32,000 nt of DNA from Promethearchaeota archaeon (GCA_016933055.1 JAFGBS010000009.1:1-32000); one strand, 5' to 3'. Counted from the stretch's first letter, positions 1 through 7,819 are shown. Notes: a model not told the origin generated them from the sequence alone. Numbers and translations are program-made.

Positions 1-225
1 GGAGGTCCCCAAGTTGTTCATCGATGGCAAGGGCTTCCTTGTAATAGCGCATTGCTTCATCCCACTCGCCTTTGTCATGGTATAATATACCGATGTTGGT
101 GAGTTCCTTTGATTTGCCCCGAAGATCTCCTAGCTGCTCATCGATGGCAAGAGCTTCCTTGTAATAGCGCCTTGCTTCATCCCATTCGCCTTTGTCGTGG
201 AGTAATCGACCGATGTTTGTGAGGG
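1..225 (-). repeat. 120-bp tandem repeat encoding TPR units of the SIR2-TPR gene
   Basis: tcatcgatggcaagggcttccttgtaatagcgcattgcttcatcccactcgcctttgtcatgg (18-80) recurs with 5 substitutions at 138-200. Confidence 0.9.
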
Positions 226-1330
226 TGATAGATTGCCATCTTTGATTTTTTGTTTCTTGAGCATGTTTCAATAGAATTCTTGCGCAGCGTTCTGCATTGT
301 TTAGAAAACTTAAGTTATCATATATTTCATATGGAATCTGGTAGACTTGATATTCATCGGGAGATTTAATTTGGGAGTTTATGTAGCTTAAGAGATCCGT
401 TTCACTATATGATTGGGAAATTTCTGATTTTCGTTTTATAAACAGTGTTCCGAGGTCAGATGTATGCATTTTTACACGGACCAATTGAGTTCTATACCCC
501 ATTCGATGAACTTCTTGGAAAATGTTGCCTACTTTATCCTTAGGAGAGATCTCGATATCTGAAGAAAATTCCTGAATAATTGGCTTAGTTCCTTTCGGTG
601 CATGTTCAATCCAGATTAGCTGATCAAGAGTGTCTAATAATCTCAAAGTTGGCGTAATATCGAAATCATCGCTTCCCGAATATCCCATTATCACCAATGT
701 GCGTCCATTAGTAATGCTCTCAAATACCGGACGTTTATGGGGTTCCAATTGGAATACGGATTCCCCTTCCTTCCCTGATCCGAATGCTTGAATGGTTACA
801 ACCAGACTATCCTTGGTAGAGGTGTTCGTAATAATATTATGAGGCGAACCGTGGATTTTATATACGGGAAAATAGCCCTTACGGACCACTTTTGGCACAT
901 CGGAATATTTTTTAAAATCTTCTTCGGTAATCACGGGAAGATTACGGTTTTTCTTGACTTTGGATTGCATTAGTGCATGTTCGATAAGGCAATCGAAATT
1001 GGTAGTGAGAACGTAATGCCCCCGCTTCATCATTTCTACCAGAAAAAAGTGGTTTGTATTCGGTTTATCGCACAATCCATAGTAATCAATGAGTTTCAAT
1101 TCCGGATCCAAATAGTCCCGCACAATTTCCACCAATTGCTCGAAACGTAAATTCTCCAACCCGAGAATTTTTTCTACTTCGGATTCTGCACATGTATAGC
1201 GGATAATCACTTCCATCATTTCCCGACCTAAAGGTAAATTCGATGGGGGATCACGGGAAATCCCTGCACCTACTAAAAACGTATATTTTCCCTTTTTTGC
1301 GAATAGATCTTTCAGTGTCAATTCTCCCAT
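1..1330 (-). CDS. SIR2-like (SIR2_2) NADase domain protein with C-terminal TPR repeats; 3' end lies outside the window
   Basis: Manual translation from ATG 1330 is open to base 1 (443 codons): MGELTLKDLFAKKGKYTFLVGAGISRDPP...VLTTNFDCLIE...VYKIHGSP...VIMGYSGSDDFDI, then 40-aa TPRs (ITLTNIGRLLHDKGEWDEARRYYKEALAIDEQLGDL). It is absent from the ORF track because there is no stop in the window. Confidence 0.92.
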   Translation of the reverse strand, partial: MGELTLKDLFAKKGKYTFLVGAGISRDPPSNLPLGREMMEVIIRYTCAESEVEKILGLENLRFEQLVEIVRDYLDPELKLIDYYGLCDKPNTNHFFLVEMMKRGHYVLTTNFDCLIEHALMQSKVKKNRNLPVITEEDFKKYSDVPKVVRKGYFPVYKIHGSPHNIITNTSTKDSLVVTIQAFGSGKEGESVFQLEPHKRPVFESITNGRTLVIMGYSGSDDFDITPTLRLLDTLDQLIWIEHAPKGTKPIIQEFSSDIEISPKDKVGNIFQEVHRMGYRTQLVRVKMHTSDLGTLFIKRKSEISQSYSETDLLSYINSQIKSPDEYQVYQIPYEIYDNLSFLNNAERCARILLKHAQETKNQRWQSITLTNIGRLLHDKGEWDEARRYYKEALAIDEQLGDLRGKSKELTNIGILYHDKGEWDEAMRYYKEALAIDEQLGDL

Positions 1331-1380
1331 GAATCAATTACGGTGTTGGGAAATAAAAAAGTGATGATGGAGGTTTTTTG

Positions 1381-2130
1381 TCATAAATTTTTCAATTTCG
1401 CAATCACACGATGTTCTAATTCGGGATCTTGACGTATTTTTTTTCCGATGCACTCGGGGCAAATTCGCATTCCAAGAACATGCATATATCCTCCTAATCC
1501 TTGTAGCATCTTTTCCCAAGATCCTTGTTTATATCTTTGGTAACCCACATTTACAATATCACTTATAATTCGACCGCATTCCTCACATCGAGAATCTAAA
1601 GAATTTCTTGCCCGATCTATGAGAAATCGTCTGGTTTCTTCATAATGCTCAATCTCTGATGTTTTTGGGAAGGAAGTACTTTTAGGAGTGTATTCTTGAT
1701 AAGATGAATCTGGTTCAACAAATGAACTAGATAAGGCGGTTTGTGGACGTTTAATAATCTCCACGATTTCTTCGGCAACACTTTCAAGGTCATGACTCGA
1801 AAATTTGACGCCCAATTTTGATGACAACAGTGCGGGAATATAATTCTTTTCGATAAATACAGGAATGATGTGTTTTTGTTTCATAAGAGCTGCTTTCCAT
1901 TCCATTTTCACTGAATCTGAGCTTTTCGTGAGGGAGGAACAAAATAATAAGAAAACATCACAATTTTCAATCCCGTAATCCATATATTCTACGATATCAT
2001 ATTTTGTATCTTGTTGCCAAAATAGAACTTTCTCAATTATTGAATAGCGTTCTAATTCTCGTGCTAACTGAGGTATACGAAACTGGTTAGCATCTTCGGT
2101 CACATAACTCATAAATATTATATGTCCCAT
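1381..2130 (-). CDS. TIR domain protein with C-terminal CxxC-x38-CxxC zinc finger
   Basis: N-terminal TIR: IFMSY, CDVFLLFCS, SVKMEW (putative catalytic E77), IIPVF. Ser/Pro-rich linker, then CEEC...CPEC. Confidence 0.88.
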   Translation of the reverse strand: MGHIIFMSYVTEDANQFRIPQLARELERYSIIEKVLFWQQDTKYDIVEYMDYGIENCDVFLLFCSSLTKSSDSVKMEWKAALMKQKHIIPVFIEKNYIPALLSSKLGVKFSSHDLESVAEEIVEIIKRPQTALSSSFVEPDSSYQEYTPKSTSFPKTSEIEHYEETRRFLIDRARNSLDSRCEECGRIISDIVNVGYQRYKQGSWEKMLQGLGGYMHVLGMRICPECIGKKIRQDPELEHRVIAKLKNL

Positions 2131-2155
2131 AATTAATCCCGTTTTTCGTTAGCTT

Positions 2156-2314
2156 TCAACGCACACGCATAACATTTTCACACCCACAGTTCGGACAATT
2201 ATGTGGATCACAGCGTGAGCATACATTAATCATAGCATGACATTTTATACATCGATATTTGTGCATTCCGTAAAATGATGGTTCAGGATTTCCGCATAAA
2301 CTACACCTTTCCAT
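2156..2314 (-). CDS. 52-aa Cys-rich double zinc-ribbon micro-protein (HVO_2753/DUF1610-like layout)
   Basis: Manual translation: MERCSLCGNPEPSFYGMHKYRCIKCHAMINVCSRCDPHNCPNCGCENVMRVR*. It has four CxxC motifs, fills the gap between two co-directional genes, and is below the ORF-track length cutoff. Confidence 0.85.
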   Translation of the reverse strand: MERCSLCGNPEPSFYGMHKYRCIKCHAMINVCSRCDPHNCPNCGCENVMRVR

Positions 2315-2361
2315 AAGTTTATCTCACTAATTTTACCTTTTTTTTTTAAATTGTAGTACTG

Positions 2362-4221
2362 TTACTTCTTAGTTTTCTCTTTCTTGATTTTTTCGTACAT
2401 TTTTTTTGCGCACCGGATAATATTGTTGTGATCAAAAGCTAGATCTATCTGCTCTATTTCAGTCAACGATTTTTTTACAACTGATACTACGTCTGTAGAG
2501 GGACGTAATCCATCGAGACTCTTCACTTCGCATAGATACGCATGAGAAACGATTTTGCCTCGAGGATCGCGATTTGGATCATCGAATAATTTAATAAAAC
2601 GAGCCTTTTTTACTTCCAATCCGGTTTCTTCCCACATTTCCCGTTCTAAAGCTTCTAATTTAGCTTCTCCTAACTCAATAAATCCCCCTGGGAGAGCCAG
2701 TTGACCTTGGAATGGAGGGAATTTTCGTTCTACTAGCACAACAAAATCGTCATAGGTCTCTCTCCCATCTTTTCCTACTATTTCGGAATGTATGATAACA
2801 CCATCCACGGTTTCGCGAAGTATGGATTTTCCTGACTTTTTCGCATAATTAGTCAAGATATAAATTACAATGATAGACGCAAAAATGAGAATAATAAATC
2901 CAACTATAGCACTAAGATAGCTTTCCGTAATCCAATTATTCCGACGTGCTTCAAAATAAGAAAATGCCAGTAACACAAGATCCACGAATAAAGACAGGCC
3001 AAATAAAATTTCTAACAAGAAAGTACTTTTTTGTATAGATTTTTGGTCCTGTTCTTGGATTTGATGATAACGATTTTCTAAAGATTTAGATAATTTGTCT
3101 AATTTCGTATGTAACCATTCAGAAATTCCCTCAATATTAAAAATCTGCATCAGATGATGCAAGATTTTTTTGTAATATCCGGATCGATTTACCTCCAACT
3201 CGTTATATAATTCACTGATTTTTGCGTCAATTTTTCCTACTAAGAATTCATGTTCTGCAATTTGATTTTGGATGGATTGTACCTGCATCTGTGCCGACGT
3301 ATTCATACTAGTTACTAGATCGTCCAAGGAAATACTCAATTCCATCATAGCAAATTTAAGGCTGCGAATTGCACCAACAGTATCCACTAAGGTCTTTTTA
3401 TAATAGAGGTCAAAGAATTTATCAAAATCCTTCTGTTGAATATAAAGAAATGCCGAACCCGATTGAATATAACTCAATTCCGTAGTTTTGTAGCTTAAAT
3501 TTTTCTGTAATTGTTGATTTACCGCTTCTTCTTGAACATCGAATGATTCCCAGCGTCCAGAATAAGGCACAATCCAATGATAAATAGACTTCTTATGTTG
3601 CATAATCGAGATAGGCTCCCAACGAAATTCTGGTTTAACACCTAGTCCCTCTATTTTATCACAAATTGTAGTCACATATAGAGAATCCTCATCTAAGTAG
3701 ATGAATTCGAAATTTTTGGGAGGTGCTTTTATTTCTGTTACCTCACCCTCGTAAAGATCTATGTTTTTCAATATCTTTTTTAAACAATGGATAACATATA
3801 CGGGAAATTCGTGTAAAATCCAAGGACGAAGGGTGCGTTTTTCTTCTGTATTATCTTTAAAATATTCTACTTCAAATTCAATCCATCCCGCTTGATTGAA
3901 TAGGGCTTTTCCGTTCTTAAATGGGAACCCACGTAAAGATGGAAGCCATTTCATCTGCAAGGTAATATGTTTCGAAATATATATTAGTTCATTTAGGAAT
4001 GTATCGTCCCAACTGGCGTTTTCTACTTCTTGCTGAAAAATAGACTGTCGCCATGGACTTTCCACTGTGTCTTGATACAGTTTAATTAATTCTTTTCTCA
4101 ATTTTATGATAATCTCTTCAGGATTCATGATAACTGTATTGAAAAAGGCATTTGCAAACCAGTATTCTTTTCGGTAGATGAACTTCAACGGTTCTTGATC
4201 ATAGTTCACCAATATTTTCAC
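2362..4221 (-). CDS. Membrane protein: large soluble N-domain + helical stalk + 2 TM helices (CorA-like topology) fused to a C-terminal ADP-ribose-pyrophosphatase-type Nudix hydrolase
   Basis: TM1 ~aa 400-423 (TFLLEILFGLSLFVDLVLLAFSYF) and TM2 ~aa 435-458. Intact Nudix box GGFIELGEAKLEALEREMWEETGL (~aa 512-535), plus DPNRDPRG and LAFDH motifs. GTG start. The Nudix call is firm; the CorA-like call is inference. Confidence 0.85.
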   Translation of the reverse strand: MKILVNYDQEPLKFIYRKEYWFANAFFNTVIMNPEEIIIKLRKELIKLYQDTVESPWRQSIFQQEVENASWDDTFLNELIYISKHITLQMKWLPSLRGFPFKNGKALFNQAGWIEFEVEYFKDNTEEKRTLRPWILHEFPVYVIHCLKKILKNIDLYEGEVTEIKAPPKNFEFIYLDEDSLYVTTICDKIEGLGVKPEFRWEPISIMQHKKSIYHWIVPYSGRWESFDVQEEAVNQQLQKNLSYKTTELSYIQSGSAFLYIQQKDFDKFFDLYYKKTLVDTVGAIRSLKFAMMELSISLDDLVTSMNTSAQMQVQSIQNQIAEHEFLVGKIDAKISELYNELEVNRSGYYKKILHHLMQIFNIEGISEWLHTKLDKLSKSLENRYHQIQEQDQKSIQKSTFLLEILFGLSLFVDLVLLAFSYFEARRNNWITESYLSAIVGFIILIFASIIVIYILTNYAKKSGKSILRETVDGVIIHSEIVGKDGRETYDDFVVLVERKFPPFQGQLALPGGFIELGEAKLEALEREMWEETGLEVKKARFIKLFDDPNRDPRGKIVSHAYLCEVKSLDGLRPSTDVVSVVKKSLTEIEQIDLAFDHNNIIRCAKKMYEKIKKEKTKK

Positions 4222-4497
4222 CCGTTTCCATATTAGTGAAAAAAATATAAAAACGTATGGTGAAAATTAAAGTAAATTGAGTTTGCAGTATGAGGAAGGA
4301 CGGAATGCGTTTTACAGAATTTCTTCAACTATCTGCACATATTGCATGAAACTACTAAAAAAATTAATAGGTTTAATAGGAGTTTCAATTCATTTGAGTG
4401 ATAAACGAATTTATACCCATGTACATTAAATACTAAACAAATCACAAAAGTGAGAAAAAAATAAATACTCGATCGATGAATTAATATTGAGAAAATC

Positions 4498-5460
4498 ATG
4501 GGACGAGAAATATCGGGTACTTGGCATTGTATAAACTGTGGTTATACCGCTAAGGGTACAGAATGGAACACGCACATTATTAAGACATTTCAGAAATTTA
4601 TGAGGGAGGGAGCATTTTATCTCTGCCCACAATGTAAAACCGAAACTGAATTATATCGAGGCAATGGTAAAGGTCCCAAGAAAATTTTAGGAACTTGGCA
4701 TTGTGCAAACTGTGGATTTACAACCTCAGGTGAAGTTTGGAATACAAAAATGATTCGATCGTTTCAGAAATTTGGGGACGTGGGAACTATATATCGATGT
4801 CCACAGTGCAATGAAGATACCGAACTATATCGAGGTAAAGGTAGAGGAGGGGGAAAAAAAATTTACGGATATTGGCATTGCGTGAATTGTGGGTATACTG
4901 CAGATGGAAAAACATGGAATGGTTTAATTGTCAAAACATTTCGTAAATTTGGTCATAAAGGAGCAATTTACTCTTGTCCCGAATGTAATAAACATGTTGA
5001 GTTAGATAGGGGTTCAGGAACAGTATTAATGACAAAAAATCTTGCTGAAAAAGCTCCAGTGAAAATTAAAACCGTTTTCTTTAGTCATTCAACCCGAGAC
5101 TTCAAAACATATAACATTCCTGAAATCGCTGAAAGGTTGACAAAATATTTTGATATAAAAGATGCAATATTTTGGGAAGAAGATGCGGGTCATAATATCA
5201 TAGATTTTATGGATAAGACCTTAGGTGTGTGTAATGTGGCAGTTCTATTCTGTTCCGCTAATGCATTAGCATCGGAGAGTGTAAAAAAGGAATGGACTGC
5301 CATTGAGAGTTTAAATAAACCGATAATTCCGGTTTATACAGATCCCGAACATATCCCACCACTTCTTGCTCCACGGCAACGGATTTTATTTGATAGGACT
5401 AAATTTGATAAATTCATTGACGAACTACATGAATTGATTCAAAAAATAGTTGAAGAATAA
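4498..5460 (+). CDS. Protein with three tandem CxxC-x28-CxxC zinc-ribbon repeats fused to a C-terminal TIR domain
   Basis: Three 58-59-aa repeats WHCxNCG(Y/F)T..G..WN...+.F.KF...G..Y.CP.C...EL.RG. TIR: VFFSHS, CNVAVLFCS, SVKKEW (E265), IIPVY. Confidence 0.9.
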   Translation: MGREISGTWHCINCGYTAKGTEWNTHIIKTFQKFMREGAFYLCPQCKTETELYRGNGKGPKKILGTWHCANCGFTTSGEVWNTKMIRSFQKFGDVGTIYRCPQCNEDTELYRGKGRGGGKKIYGYWHCVNCGYTADGKTWNGLIVKTFRKFGHKGAIYSCPECNKHVELDRGSGTVLMTKNLAEKAPVKIKTVFFSHSTRDFKTYNIPEIAERLTKYFDIKDAIFWEEDAGHNIIDFMDKTLGVCNVAVLFCSANALASESVKKEWTAIESLNKPIIPVYTDPEHIPPLLAPRQRILFDRTKFDKFIDELHELIQKIVEE

Positions 5461-5474
5461 TACTCATTCTTTAA

Positions 5475-5480
5475 TTTTTT
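5475..5480 (+). terminator. Oligo-T tract, candidate archaeal terminator
   Basis: T6 within actcattctttaatttttt right after the stop at 5460. Confidence 0.4.
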
Positions 5481-6188
5481 ATATTAGTTACTTGCTGCAA
5501 ATAACCAGACTGCTTCTATCTAATAAATTGAATTCGTCGAATTTATAAAATACTTCTGTCTGGAACCACATATTCAATATACTTCATTACCCCGGATGAT
5601 AATATGGGTAACGTGGTGGTGTATATAATGAAAATTACGTTTAGTTTTCCTTGTGAGTAGTTCCATAGGTGCAGATTCATTAAAATTACTTGTTCACTTA
5701 AACTGAGCGTGCAATTTTCTATGGTCACAGGCATGTTTGAAGAAAATTCCCCTTAAGTAGCATCCTTCATCTTGATAATATTTCGCGATCCGTCTACTAT
5801 AAAACTTTTTCCTTAAAAGAAAAAGGGCTAGTGAAATTTGATAGATCTAAGTCAACAGGTTGGAAATTGGCATGATCTATAAAATTTGAGGATAAAATTA
5901 TTCAATTCCTTAGAAACGGGAATCTTTTGAAGAAAAAATATTCGAAATCAACATTATTCTGAATTTTCAAACCACTACCATTATCATAAATCGGAATAAG
6001 AATGGGAACGTGTGGATTCGTGCAGGTACCTATCATAAACAAATTTAAACTCCCGAAACGGGTATTTTGCGAATGATGATGGAGCACGTGATCCACGAAA
6101 AAATCATTCATACTACAGAAAGACACAAAAAAATAAATCCTTCAATTGAATCTACAAAACCTCTACAAGCAGTAACGTTCGAGTAATT

Positions 6189-6674
6189 TTAAGAATCTTG
6201 AGTTATTATTCCAATAAAAGTTGCTATACGCTGAAACCGTCGTGAAAGACCAAACCAAGCAAAACTCACAATAAATGAGATAATCCCAGACACCACTGAT
6301 GGTATGCTCAGTAAAAAAATACCTAATATCATCGTGGTTATCCCCCCAAGTAATACTATTGCTCCTACTACTTGATAAATATTAGATTTGTTTAGGTCAA
6401 AAGTTATATCTTCTATGTACTGTTTTCTTAGCTTCTCTTTATATTCAAGAGCAACTTGATTTTGCGAATCTTTTTCCAATACCTTATTAAAGCAAAGAGA
6501 AGCATTATATGGATGGTTTAAGAAAAAATGAAGTTTTCCTTTGTTTAACCAAGCATCAATATTATCTGGATTAATCTCAACAATTTGTTCATAACATTTA
6601 ATTGCTTTATACAATTTTCTATTTTCTTCAAATTCTTTTGCTTCATTCATCAGAGAAGATACATTTTCTGCCAT
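6189..6674 (-). CDS. TPR-repeat protein with two C-terminal TM helices
   Basis: AIKCYEQIVEINPDNIDAWLNKGKLHFFLNHPYNASLCFNKVLEKD is TPR-like; a hydrophobic hairpin lies at ~aa 100-142. Confidence 0.8.
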   Translation of the reverse strand: MAENVSSLMNEAKEFEENRKLYKAIKCYEQIVEINPDNIDAWLNKGKLHFFLNHPYNASLCFNKVLEKDSQNQVALEYKEKLRKQYIEDITFDLNKSNIYQVVGAIVLLGGITTMILGIFLLSIPSVVSGIISFIVSFAWFGLSRRFQRIATFIGIITQDS

Positions 6675-6787
6675 TATATACCACCTTTAAATCAGAGATC
6701 GACAATTGTAATATATATCTTTATTCCCTTTCTCCTTATTTTCTCAGATCAACATCTATTCCACCATTTCGGTTAACTAGGTAATCC

Positions 6788-6829
6788 CTTTAACGTAAAA
6801 CTATCATAAAACAACGTCAACCTTATAAA
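6788..6829. repeat. 42-bp dispersed intergenic element, copy 1
   Basis: 35/42 identical to the reverse complement of 27201-27242; the core actatcRtaaaacaacgtcaa is 20/21 identical. Confidence 0.6.
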
Positions 6830-7241
6830 ATTGAAAATTTACAATTTTCCCTATCTACCGATCATTCTGACGAGGAACTAATTCTCAGTGAAGCAGAACT
6901 GCACGCAGACGAAATTCTGTCTTTCCCTTCATCCACCTCCAACGAAATTTCAGAATTATTATCGAAATATACAAATTTTGTAACAAACACTCAACCCAGT
7001 TCCTTATCTTCCCTAAAAAATTTCGCCCAAGGAAGAAAAAGAGTTAAATTAACCAAGTAGTGGGTTGATAAGAATAAAATAAACCACCTTAGAATTCAAT
7101 TGAAGATAGGAAATTGGTGGAGTTGTCCTAATTGTTTGACTGAATATTTACTGTAGATAATCATAAAGAAACTCGAAATACCAGAAACCACATGTTTAAA
7201 TCAAAAACAATTATAAATTTGTACTTCCATCTTTTATCCGT

Positions 7242-7688
7242 TCATTGCATGGAATTTTTGAATGCTTTTGCACAATGTTTGCAACAAAAATTCATCTTCT
7301 TATCGTTGATCGTTTCAATATAAAAATTATCGAATAGCTTTACACCACAACTAGCACATACTTGAAGTTTTGATACAATTGCAGCTTCAATCAGATTTCC
7401 AAATCGTTGCAAAATCCTATCTACAAAATCCTCACCTAGTTGTGTTAATTGGAACCCTTTCGATCTTTTAGATTTAGAAGTTGGAATTGGAAGAATATAT
7501 CCTTCTGCTTGAAGATTAGCTAGAAAATCGTAGATATACGTAGGACTGGCTGTTTTCCCTAAATCCGACTTTAGGCGTTTAATAATATAATATCCTGTTA
7601 CTGTTTTTTTCGTTTTTAATAGGGTTAAAGTATAGAACTTAGTCAAATTTTGCACTTTTATATTTTCATCCATTGAAATTAACTCCAT
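7242..7688 (-). CDS. PadR-family winged-helix regulator with C-terminal TRASH metal-binding domain
   Basis: wHTH TGYYIIKRL...SPTYIYDFLANLQAEGYI...FQLTQLG; C-terminal CASCG...MNFCCKHC. Confidence 0.82.
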   Translation of the reverse strand: MELISMDENIKVQNLTKFYTLTLLKTKKTVTGYYIIKRLKSDLGKTASPTYIYDFLANLQAEGYILPIPTSKSKRSKGFQLTQLGEDFVDRILQRFGNLIEAAIVSKLQVCASCGVKLFDNFYIETINDKKMNFCCKHCAKAFKNSMQ

Positions 7689-7796
7689 GATTAGGTTCTA
7701 GAGAACCCCCCCGAGGAAATTTATATGGAACTTAATTTATAAATATATATTTTATGATAGTAATTTTTAAATATATACTCTTATGTATATATCATA

Positions 7797-7819
7797 GTAA
7801 TCCACTCCAACTGGATTAC
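7797..7819. promoter_or_regulatory. Perfect 8-7-8 inverted repeat, candidate operator of the PadR-TRASH regulator
   Basis: GTAATCCA-ctccaac-TGGATTAC in the divergent intergenic region, 17 nt upstream of ATG 7837. Confidence 0.5.

Noticed and set aside
2362-4221. Calling the membrane protein a CorA magnesium transporter
   Set aside because: There is no GMN motif after TM1; only the topology is similar.
1-5460. Calling the cluster canonical Thoeris, DSR or CBASS
   Set aside because: No SLOG, Macro, cyclase or STAND/Argonaute gene is visible in the window; only individual domains are shared.
5543-6126. Track ORFs 5543..5734 and 5902..6126 (minus strand)
   Set aside because: No recognisable motif or RBS. 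They may be remnants, but nothing supports a call.
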